Source: a virus. From it: a stretch of 48,101 bases of DNA. Shown piece by piece: positions 35,157 through 41,753 of this stretch (its first letter is position 1; the number at the start of each line of letters is the position of its first letter). The DNA lies in the IMG/VR virus record IMGVR_UViG_3300042461_000028, positions 1 to 48,101 of that record, one strand, 5' to 3'. Both the position numbers and the translations under genes were made by a program. The notes below the pieces were generated by a model that worked only from the letters and a program-made list of their open reading frames with translations, did no database searches and had not been told where the DNA came from.

Positions 35157-35272
35157 CGCAGCACCTGCGATAGCTGAGGTACATGGCAAGCGGCAGGACG
35201 CTCCTTGACCACGGTGTAGGCCAGCATGGTCATGAGAAGGGCGGCGGTGAGGATCCAGGAAAGGGCTTTCAT
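35153..35272 (-). CDS. 39-aa single-span membrane mini-protein
   Basis: MKALSWILTAALLMTMLAYTVVKERPAACHVPQLSQVLR. Start overlaps the stop of 35269..35811 (ATGA). Confidence 0.4.
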   Translation of the reverse strand: MKALSWILTAALLMTMLAYTVVKERPAACHVPQLSQVLR

Positions 35273-35811
35273 GGCTTCACCTGCTTGCGGTAGCCGTCAG
35301 CGTGCAAGTCTTCCGCTATACCGCGCAAGCCGCGCTCGCTATCGCGATTCACCATCCATTTGAAGATGGTTTCGATCTCTTCCGCCGCGATCTGCTCGGG
35401 CGTGCGGATGGGACGGAACTCGCAATTATCAATCCGTTGAACCACGGGCCAGCAGCTTGGCGCCTGCATACACACAAATAGATGGTCTTCTGTGTAGGCA
35501 ACGACCCTGCTTGCGGTGTACACCCAACCATTTGGACCGTCGCTGTTTGGTCCGTGCCATTCGCACACCGTCCCAACAGGCGGCAGGCCTTCACCGGTCC
35601 AGGGCGCCGGGCGCAGAGTTTCGTAACGGAACTGATATCGGCGCGGATTATGGAACGCGCTCACAGCTCCGCCGCCATAAGGGAAGGGCTTGGTCTGATC
35701 CAGCCGCTGATACTGCTCTTCGCCAACCCACACCTCACTGATTTCGCCGCCAAATGCATGAAGCGCGTGCGCTATCGCCCAGTCCGGCGCCTTGCTCCAA
35801 TCAATGCTCAT
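35269..35811 (-). CDS. hypothetical early protein (180 aa)
   Basis: High third-position GC; Trp-rich; no recognised motif. Confidence 0.6.
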   Translation of the reverse strand: MSIDWSKAPDWAIAHALHAFGGEISEVWVGEEQYQRLDQTKPFPYGGGAVSAFHNPRRYQFRYETLRPAPWTGEGLPPVGTVCEWHGPNSDGPNGWVYTASRVVAYTEDHLFVCMQAPSCWPVVQRIDNCEFRPIRTPEQIAAEEIETIFKWMVNRDSERGLRGIAEDLHADGYRKQVKP

Positions 35812-35977
35812 GACGAACCCTCACAGCGATGCGTCCGCCCTTGATGGCAGCGGCCAGCTTTGGCGGAAGGGAGGCAACGGGCAGTTCCCGTGGCAGGCCG
35901 GCGCCAAGGAACGCCAAGGTCCGCTCAATCTCGGCGATCTGCTCGTCAATCAGCGACTTCACAACTGGTGTGGACAT
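35801..35977 (-). CDS. hypothetical small protein (58 aa)
   Basis: ATG 35977 with AAGGAG upstream; MSTPVVKSLIDEQIAEIERTLAFLG…. Just below the ORF-track cut-off. Confidence 0.45.
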   Translation of the reverse strand: MSTPVVKSLIDEQIAEIERTLAFLGAGLPRELPVASLPPKLAAAIKGGRIAVRVRHEH

Positions 35978-36171
35978 GACGACTCCTTGCGCCTGGCAAC
36001 GATCTTGTTGAGGCGCCTACAGTAGTGGTTGAATTCTTCGATGGTGATGCGCTCGTCGGCCATCATTTCGCTGATTGTTTTCTGGATCATCAGCGACCAA
36101 CTGACCGGCGTTGCTGGGTCCTCTAGGGTTTCCAGCTCTTCGCCGATGAGGACGTGCGGGGACATGGTCAC
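35959..36171 (-). CDS. hypothetical small protein (70 aa)
   Basis: ATGA-coupled to the upstream gene; high third-position GC. Confidence 0.5.
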   Translation of the reverse strand: MTMSPHVLIGEELETLEDPATPVSWSLMIQKTISEMMADERITIEEFNHYCRRLNKIVARRKESSCPHQL

Positions 36172-36587
36172 AATGCGTCGTCCTCTGTCTGAGCGATCAG
36201 CGCTTCATCGACCAGGGGCCGGAGTAGGCCCTCAGCAATCTCGCCGAGCGCGCCCAATGGGTGATCGCTGGGGCCCAGCAGTTCGGCGATGGCGTTCTTG
36301 TCTGGCCGGCCCAGGTCCAGCAGCAGCCAACCCAGGGCTGCGGTGTGAACCTTGCAGTCCGCCAGTCGGCCATTCACATGCTCATCAACGGCCAGGGCCA
36401 GCTCACCAACGGTCACGCCTTGGGGTTGGTGCATACGGCGCTGGAACTTCACGTCCACGCCCCGGAGCAGGTCTTCAACCGCGTTGTACAGCCACTCAGC
36501 CCGCGCCAGTTCCTGAGGCGTCTCGCTCACCGGTGGAGGCAACTTCGCGTCGTGCATGGCCTGACAGATATTCAGTGCTGCGTTCAT
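36168..36587 (-). CDS. hypothetical early protein (139 aa)
   Basis: ATG with GGAGG 5 nt upstream. Confidence 0.6.
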   Translation of the reverse strand: MNAALNICQAMHDAKLPPPVSETPQELARAEWLYNAVEDLLRGVDVKFQRRMHQPQGVTVGELALAVDEHVNGRLADCKVHTAALGWLLLDLGRPDKNAIAELLGPSDHPLGALGEIAEGLLRPLVDEALIAQTEDDAL

Positions 36588-36608
36588 GGTTGCCTCCAGG
36601 GTGGCGGG

Positions 36609-36815
36609 TTACTCGGTGGGCGGGGCGGGGAGTGGCTGCCAGTGCGTAGGCGTGATGTCGCAGCGGTCACCGTCGATGTAGCGCCAAGGCCGATGCTCGT
36701 TGCCGCACGTCATGGCGAAGAAGGGGCCGTCGTTTGTTTTCCTGCCCAGGCGGTACGCCAAGACTTTCTGCTTGATCGGCGGCATCCTGTCGCTGCACTT
36801 GATCCATTCGGTCAC
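36609..36815 (-). CDS. DUF551-like protein, paralogue 1
   Basis: GTG with GGAGG upstream. MTEWIKCSDRMPP…THWQPLPAPP is the DUF551 pattern. Confidence 0.7.
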   Translation of the reverse strand: MTEWIKCSDRMPPIKQKVLAYRLGRKTNDGPFFAMTCGNEHRPWRYIDGDRCDITPTHWQPLPAPPTE

Positions 36816-36830
36816 GGGATCCTCCGTTAT

Positions 36831-37040
36831 TTATGATTGTTCGATTGGCAGCTCGGGAAGCGGCGCCCAATGTGATATGCAAGAAAAACTTTTGTGCACC
36901 CACACGGTATTAGCCACCTGGATAAGCGAACCGCACTCGATGGAGTCATGTTTGTGGAGAACCAGAACTGAATTCACGCTACCGTCAACAGCCCAAACGA
37001 TTTCAGGCAAGCGATCTGAGCACTTGATCCAATCGCTCAT
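36831..37040 (-). CDS. DUF551-like protein, paralogue 2
   Basis: MSDWIKCSDRLPE…SHWAPLPELP; GGAGG 5 nt upstream; lower GC than paralogue 1. Confidence 0.7.
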   Translation of the reverse strand: MSDWIKCSDRLPEIVWAVDGSVNSVLVLHKHDSIECGSLIQVANTVWVHKSFSCISHWAPLPELPIEQS

Positions 37041-37061
37041 GGCGACCTCCAGTGTTTGGGG

Positions 37062-37307
37062 TTAGGCGGAACGGGCGGCGAGCATGGCGTCGGCTATTTC
37101 GTACGCGGTCTTGGCGCTGTCGAGATTGTCGAATGCTTCATCCCAGGGCGCGCTGGTGACAAAGCCCTGCATTACCTTGGCCGCGAAGTAGTCGCGCAGG
37201 CTCATGCCAGACAAATCCCGCTTCGTTTCGGCGACCGTCGCCGGCTGAAAAACCATGTGGTCGTAGTCCGCGACAGGGAAGGCCGGGCCTCCGTCTTGAA
37301 TGCTCAT
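37062..37307 (-). CDS. hypothetical phage protein (81 aa)
   Basis: ATG 37307 with GGAG 6 nt upstream. MSIQDGGPAFP… is an N-terminus common in phage early proteins. Confidence 0.55.
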   Translation of the reverse strand: MSIQDGGPAFPVADYDHMVFQPATVAETKRDLSGMSLRDYFAAKVMQGFVTSAPWDEAFDNLDSAKTAYEIADAMLAARSA

Positions 37308-37410
37308 GACTCTCTCCATTCGTTGATTGATCCAACAAAACTCGCAATGCACTCAGCCGCTCCGCTGTTTGCCGTTGGGCGCGAAGGGGAGTGCATTCGG
37401 GTGGTGTCGG

Positions 37411-37447
37411 GATAAGAAAAGGCCCAACTCGACAGGAGGGCCTTTCC
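37411..37447 (-). terminator. rho-independent terminator inside the leftward early operon (tL-like)
   Basis: On the - strand: aaaggccc tcctgtcgagtt gggccttt tcttatc. 8-bp stem followed by a U-rich tract. Confidence 0.55.
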
Positions 37448-37960
37448 GATGCAGTGGTTTGAGTTTTGGGCGGGACCGTCAGCGCCAGAACGCCTGGACC
37501 CCGCTGGTACATCGCCAGCGCTCGCTGTGGGCGCGCAGTGGATCGCCTGACACGCTGGCTAGCCCGAGAGGTTCTGGCCTCTCAAAGCTCAACGTGGCAC
37601 CGATCAAGAAGATTTGGAGCATGTGATTCTCCAGTTGGTTGGTTGCCGGTTACGTCTCCGGCGCCGAGTTCCACGGCCGCCTCCATTTCCTCCCGACTTA
37701 AGCGCGCAATCGGTCGGGCGATTTGGTGCACCTCCCGGCCGCGAACTCGCAACCCTGTGGAGATTGATGCGGACCCGCATCGGGGTATGATCTGGCAGGT
37801 GCCAATCTCTGCATCAGCCCTGTTCATTGCTCGGGCTTCGCTGCATGGAAGCTTGCTGCTTGGCGGCAGGATTCAGATCACACTCCGATACGGCCTGGGC
37901 ATGCCTTCCGGCGCCAGGGGATCGGGCAGTTTGCGTCAGTGCTGACGTGGCGCTGGTTGT

Positions 37961-38155
37961 TCAGTTGAGATGCATGGCGAGCATTGCTCGATCCATGATC
38001 GCCAGCTCAGTAGTGCCGTTCATGATGCGGCGCAGCTCGGCCTCGCCTCCTGCAATGCCGGAGATTGCTGCCACCACGCTGAGGCGGCCCTTGCTGTCGG
38101 CGTTGCGCAAGGCCTGTCTGATGCGTTCGTCCTGCTTGCTGTCTGTCAGGTTCAT
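37961..38155 (-). CDS. first convincing gene of the PL operon (64 aa), unknown function
   Basis: ATG 38155 with GGAG 8 nt upstream; very high third-position GC; MNLTDSKQDERIRQALRNADSKGRL…. Confidence 0.6.
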   Translation of the reverse strand: MNLTDSKQDERIRQALRNADSKGRLSVVAAISGIAGGEAELRRIMNGTTELAIMDRAMLAMHLN

Positions 38156-38720
38156 CGTCTTGCTCCGTTGTTGCTGGCTTTCAAATACCTCCCGGGGTGT
38201 GAGAGGCATTTGTAAAGCCAGATGGCCGACCTGAAACAGCAGGGAGCCATCTGTGCCCAGGCCCGCTACTGGCGACAGCCTGGGTTTGTTGCGTCAGCGG
38301 TGCTGGCCAGTTACCCGCCGCTGATTGCAGGGCTGGCCGGTCGTCTTCGTGGGTGGGCGGCGAGCTTCCTCCTCACAGCGTCAAACAGCATCTGTTCGCC
38401 GTGGATCACAGGTCCCTACAACATGCACGCTACAGCTCTGAATGCCCTGATTGAGTGGGGCAGGGTGCATGAGGTCCGGCGGTCCCAGCCGAGGCTATCG
38501 GGATCGCTAATTTTTGAATTCGGTGTTTCATCTCCACCACGCGCATCGCCGGAGTCCTCTCGCTGCCCGCTGTCGCATCTGGCGTCACATCGGGTGGCTT
38601 GCGTGGTTTCGCGTACTCACATGTGGGAGCACGGCCAGTTCCAGAGCTGGCATGGCATCGACTATTTGTTGCTCGCACTTACCGGATGAAAACCGGGGTA
38701 GTCGATGGCGAGGATCCTGA

Positions 38721-38734
38721 GCTGTTAAAGAGCG
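38721..38734 (-). promoter_or_regulatory. boxA-like element (candidate nutL)
   Basis: The - strand reads CGCTCTTTAACAGC (rrn/lambdoid boxA: (T/C)GCTCTT(T)AACAA). Lies ~45-55 nt downstream of the predicted PL start. Confidence 0.45.
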
Positions 38735-38781
38735 GCGGGTCTGTTGAGGCCCTGGCGAGTCGCTGTGGCGTCTCGATGGGG

Positions 38782-38826
38782 ATAATATCTCCTATGGAAA
38801 TATTTGTGTCAACTCCAATGGAGATA
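38782..38826 (-). promoter_or_regulatory. PL promoter with two repressor operators (OL)
   Basis: The - strand has TTGACA (38812-38807), a 17-nt spacer and GATATT (38789-38784). 17-bp operators tatctcctatggaaata (38786-38802) and caactccaatggagata (38810-38826) overlap the spacer and the -35. Confidence 0.7.
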
Positions 38827-38842
38827 ATTTTTATCGAGGTCA

Positions 38843-38868
38843 CGAAAAAGCCCGCGCTTGGCGGGCTC
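38843..38868 (-). terminator. hairpin with U-tract on the - strand just upstream of PL (insulator-like terminator)
   Basis: The - strand reads agcccgc caagc gcgggct tttt cgtg (7-bp stem). No U-tract on the + strand. Confidence 0.4.
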
Positions 38869-38884
38869 GGGTGGAAGGGAGGCC

Positions 38885-38893
38885 TGTTACAAT
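38885..38893 (+). promoter_or_regulatory. extended -10 promoter candidate for 38921..39262
   Basis: TGtTACAAT (TGn + TACAAT) lies 28 nt upstream of the ATG. No good -35. Confidence 0.35.
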
Positions 38894-38920
38894 CGGCTCA
38901 TTCAGCGACTGGAGTGGGCT

Positions 38921-39262
38921 ATGAATAGGATTGTCGTGGCAGGCTTGTTTTCAATTATTGGCGTGCCGTGCTTAGCTTTCGGATACACACAGCAGGACGC
39001 CAACGAGGACGCCGTTTTCATATGGTCGTCCGGCTGCACAGATTTCAAGGCAGGGATGAATGCAGGCGATTTTCGCGAATGGTTGAGAGTAGGGGACGCA
39101 GCAAAGACCTTCTTAGGGATCAAGAGCATCGCCGTCAATAAATTGTACATGGACGGGTGGGAGGTGGCGCGGGGGCTTGGTGGTGTCATCGACTGCCAGG
39201 AAATGGCTAAGCGACGCGCTACCGACTATGTGTCAGGCGTAGATATCCGGAGATTGGAGTAG
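38921..39262 (+). CDS. secreted/periplasmic accessory protein (113 aa)
   Basis: ATG 38921 with GGAG 7 nt upstream. Signal-like N-terminus MNRIVVAGLFSIIGVPCLAFG. Cys residues in the mature part. Lower GC. Opposite strand to the repressor operon. Confidence 0.6.
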   Translation: MNRIVVAGLFSIIGVPCLAFGYTQQDANEDAVFIWSSGCTDFKAGMNAGDFREWLRVGDAAKTFLGIKSIAVNKLYMDGWEVARGLGGVIDCQEMAKRRATDYVSGVDIRRLE

Positions 39263-39274
39263 GCCAGATACAAG

Positions 39275-39297
39275 AAGCCCGGCGCTGGGCCGGGCTT
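39275..39297. terminator. bidirectional hairpin between convergent accessory genes
   Basis: agcccggc gctgg gccgggct (8-9 bp stem) between the stops at 39262 (+) and 39300 (-). Confidence 0.55.
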
Positions 39298-39299
39298 TG

Positions 39300-39818
39300 T
39301 CACCTCTGCGGTTGAGGCTCGCTATGTTCGAGCTTAATTCTCATCTCAGTGACTGACTTTGATATCTCTTTCGTATCGTCTGCAATGCCTCGCACATCTT
39401 CGCGGACGTATGAGTTAAATCTAGCGTTCTCTTCCTTCTGTGCGGATAGGCCCCATTGAAGGGTGCCGAGAAAGATAGAGAGCACTGCTATGGCAGTTCC
39501 AATTGCCCACCACTTTGCATTAGATAGTGCACGCACGGTCTGCTGATTGGAGGACTTTAGATCGGAAATGGCTGTGGCGATATCGCCAACCTTCCGATCA
39601 AGGCGCTCTTCAATCAGCTGAAGTTTTGTGTCGATCTCTTCGCGTGTGATATTGGTCATGGGGTCAGTATCGCCCGCCAATAGCTTTTTGTCATGCGCCG
39701 CTACGGCAATCTTCTGCTCCAGCTCGGCTATTGTTTCTTCCTGTTTGGCGTACTGCCGCTGAAGCAGGGTAGAGGACACATTCGTTTCGGGAGCAGGATC
39801 ATCGGCCTTAGCTTCCAC
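39300..39818 (-). CDS. coiled-coil single-pass membrane protein (172 aa), unknown family
   Basis: GTG 39818 (AGGTGA upstream). ~100 aa of charged heptad-like helix, one TM (WWAIGTAIAVLSIFLGTLQWGL) and a charged tail. A/T-rich codon choice. Confidence 0.65.
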   Translation of the reverse strand: MEAKADDPAPETNVSSTLLQRQYAKQEETIAELEQKIAVAAHDKKLLAGDTDPMTNITREEIDTKLQLIEERLDRKVGDIATAISDLKSSNQQTVRALSNAKWWAIGTAIAVLSIFLGTLQWGLSAQKEENARFNSYVREDVRGIADDTKEISKSVTEMRIKLEHSEPQPQR

Positions 39819-40056
39819 TGTTGGTCACCTGTATCTTCGAAAGCTCATCCAGAATATCCATCTGCTTTTTTAAGCCTTTGAACTCGTCGAGCATTCTTGA
39901 TCTGAATGCCGATGGAAGGTCAGGCTCCTCCGCCATTGAGGACACTAGATTCATGATCGTTTCGGTGTTCGCAATGCTTAGGGCGTGCAGCCTGGACACT
40001 AAAAGCTTCAGCTTTAGCACGTCCTGGGATTGGTCCGTGCGCTTATCATCATCCAT
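39808..40056 (-). CDS. small acidic helical protein (82 aa), unknown family
   Basis: ATG 40056 with GGAGAA 6 nt upstream, 17 nt after the repressor stop. Overlaps the next gene by 11 nt. Confidence 0.6.
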   Translation of the reverse strand: MDDDKRTDQSQDVLKLKLLVSRLHALSIANTETIMNLVSSMAEEPDLPSAFRSRMLDEFKGLKKQMDILDELSKIQVTNSGS

Positions 40057-40073
40057 TCCGTTCTCCAAATGAG

Positions 40074-40865
40074 TTACAGCATCCCGCCGCGCCACACGAC
40101 GCGACCGATGATGCGAACCTCGTTTATCTCGCCATCACGCAGAATCTCATCGCCATAGCGCGCCTTGTCGGGGTTGTCGCTTCGGATGATCCAGCCGTCG
40201 ATGTCTGACTTCACCAGGCGCTTCACGATCGTGCCCTTATTGGCGCTCTGCATTGCGAAGATCTGGCCGTCTTTTGGCTCGATCTTCGACTCATCAACCA
40301 ACAGCACGTCACCGTCATTGATGGACGGCTCCATGCTGTTTCCGTTGGCATAAATGACGTCCAGGTGCCGCTGGTTGAGGTTGTTGGCTCGCAGCCAGGA
40401 TGACTTGAACGCCATGACCCCGCGAATCTCGACGTGAGGGTTGTCGTCGCCATCTCCGGTTGATCCGCGCGCGGTGAGCTGCAATACACCTGTGTAGCCT
40501 GGCTCGTTCTGGAGGTCAAAGCTTCGCGGCGGGATGCGCTCATCGATCTGCGCAGTTGCCGAATTCGACTTTAGCCCAGCCGCTGAGGCCATCCGCTCAA
40601 TGTCAGACTCAATCCGCTTACTGAAAGTCCCGATCGGAATTCCAAGCATCCCTGCCATTGAAACAGCAAGTTTCTGAGTCAGCGGCCTATGGCCGTTGAG
40701 GTGGCTACCCAGCGTCCCCTGGCTCATTCCGACAGCGTGCGCAATCTCGTCCTGGGTCAGGCGTTTGTCCTTTGGTCGGGAGGCGTTGTAGTCCGCAATG
40801 GCCTTTTTCAAAGCTGCGCACTCTTCTCGCTCCCAGTCATGCAATGGGCGGCGTTCTTTAGTCAT
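40074..40865 (-). CDS. cI: CI-type repressor: N-terminal HTH (XRE) + C-terminal S24 LexA-like autopeptidase
   Basis: ATG 40865 (263 aa). LTQDEIAHAVGMSQGTLGSHLNG HTH; linker with AAG (Ala-Gly); C-terminal …GNSMEP…IVKRL… (Ser/Lys dyad). Divergent from cro across the operators. Confidence 0.9.
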   Translation of the reverse strand: MTKERRPLHDWEREECAALKKAIADYNASRPKDKRLTQDEIAHAVGMSQGTLGSHLNGHRPLTQKLAVSMAGMLGIPIGTFSKRIESDIERMASAAGLKSNSATAQIDERIPPRSFDLQNEPGYTGVLQLTARGSTGDGDDNPHVEIRGVMAFKSSWLRANNLNQRHLDVIYANGNSMEPSINDGDVLLVDESKIEPKDGQIFAMQSANKGTIVKRLVKSDIDGWIIRSDNPDKARYGDEILRDGEINEVRIIGRVVWRGGML

Positions 40866-40875
40866 TTCGCAAGAA

Positions 40876-40941
40876 TATTCCCAAGGGAAATAGTTAACCA
40901 TCTCCATTGGAGTTGCAAAGTATCTCCATGGGAGATAATCT
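40876..40941 (+). promoter_or_regulatory. OR operators (x3) and PR promoter
   Basis: 17-bp sites tattcccaagggaaata (40876-92), catctccattggagttg (40899-915) and the perfect palindrome tatctccatgggagata (40921-37). PR has TTGCAA (40913-18), a 17-nt spacer and TAATCT (40936-41). Confidence 0.75.
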
Positions 40942-40971
40942 GCGCGCATGAATGCCAATGGAGATATGGCC

Positions 40972-41178
40972 ATGAGCCGAATCACTCTCAATCAGTTCGC
41001 TACCAGCAAAGGGCAGACCAAGGCAGCTCAGCTCCTCGGCATGACCCAGGGCGCTTTGAATAAAGCCCTGCGAGTAGGTCGTGACATCTACGTTACCGAA
41101 TCGCCTGACGGAACCTTCCAGGCTGAAGAGGTGCGGCCGTTCCCGAGCCAGACACCGCTTAAAAAATCAGCTGCATAA
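40972..41178 (+). CDS. cro: Cro-type HTH regulator
   Basis: ATG 40972 with GGAG 8 nt upstream (ORF extends to 40948). …GQTKAAQLLGMTQGALNKALRVGRDIYV… HTH. First gene after PR. Confidence 0.8.
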   Translation: MSRITLNQFATSKGQTKAAQLLGMTQGALNKALRVGRDIYVTESPDGTFQAEEVRPFPSQTPLKKSAA

Positions 41179-41207
41179 CCCTTTCGAACAACCAAGGAGC
41201 CTCACCA

Positions 41208-41402
41208 ATGGCATACGACGACACGCGCCACTTGAAAGACCGGGAGATCAAGTCCCGCTACGACGATGAAACCTACGAGGCCCTGAAGGCCGTTGCACGA
41301 CTTCACAAGCTGCAGCTCGCCGTATTCGTGCGCATGTGCGTCGAGGAGAAGCTGGAGAGCATCGTCGAGAGCGATGTTACCGATGAACGCCACATGGCCT
41401 GA
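41208..41402 (+). CDS. ribbon-helix-helix-like small protein (64 aa)
   Basis: AAGGAG 8 nt upstream. REIKSRYDDETYEALKAVARLHKLQLAVFVRMCVEEKL fits a beta-strand/helix/helix pattern. Confidence 0.5.
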   Translation: MAYDDTRHLKDREIKSRYDDETYEALKAVARLHKLQLAVFVRMCVEEKLESIVESDVTDERHMA

Positions 41403-41420
41403 AGGCCTACAGGAGGCCCT

Positions 41421-41663
41421 GTGCCTGAAACCACGATCTGCCATGGGATCGATGGAAGGCTTTACGAAAAGCTTGAACGGCTGGCTAAAGCAGCAGGCAT
41501 GACGCCTGACGAGTACGCCGCAAAGCTTGGAGCTGAGCGTTTCTTCGAGAAGACCAGGCCAAAGGGTTCCGGAAAGCTTCGGAATCTGCCGGTGACACGG
41601 CGTGACCCGCCGAAGGACTCAATAGGCCCGGAAAAGGGAGGCCCTGATGAAGCCCTTGAATAG
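41421..41663 (+). CDS. ribbon-helix-helix-like small protein (80 aa)
   Basis: GTG with GGAGG 4 nt upstream. TTICHGIDGRLYEKLERLAKAAGMTPDEYAAKLGAE. Basic, Pro-rich tail. Confidence 0.45.
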   Translation: MPETTICHGIDGRLYEKLERLAKAAGMTPDEYAAKLGAERFFEKTRPKGSGKLRNLPVTRRDPPKDSIGPEKGGPDEALE

Positions 41664-41683
41664 AAAACCCAAACCGCAGGCAC

Positions 41684-41716
41684 AAAAAAGCCGGGGTGCG
41701 ATCCCGGCTCTTTTTA
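41684..41716 (+). terminator. rho-independent terminator (tR1-like)
   Basis: aagccggg gtgcgat cccggct cttttt (7-bp stem, 7-nt loop, U-tract) between the small regulators and the Rha-like gene. Confidence 0.7.
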
Positions 41717-41753
41717 CAGCGCTTGCAAATACTACATCAACGTGGAGCTGATT

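Noticed and set aside
38222-38689. 155-aa + strand ORF and 82-aa - strand ORF (38430..38678) in the PL leader
   Set aside because: - The + ORF has no SD, points against PL and loses its high third-position GC half-way through.
- The - ORF needs a GTG start without an SD and has third-position GC near 50 percent.
- The region is kept as an open question in the findings, not as features.
38767-38784. Possible third OL operator (gcgtctcgatggggata)
   Set aside because: Only the right half (GGGGATA) resembles the consensus. Its spacing to the neighbouring site is 18 bp instead of 22-24 bp.
40866-40991. Longer repressor ORF start (40991) and longer cro start (40948)
   Set aside because: Both extensions run through the operator/promoter region. 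The internal ATGs (40865 for cI; 40972 for cro, with GGAG 8 nt upstream) give proteins starting just before their HTH motifs.
41706-41719. Second boxA-like string GGCTCTTTTTACAGC (candidate nutR)
   Set aside because: It is the 3' stem and U-tract of the tR1-like terminator, and a nut site should precede the terminator. The similarity to the PL element may be coincidental.
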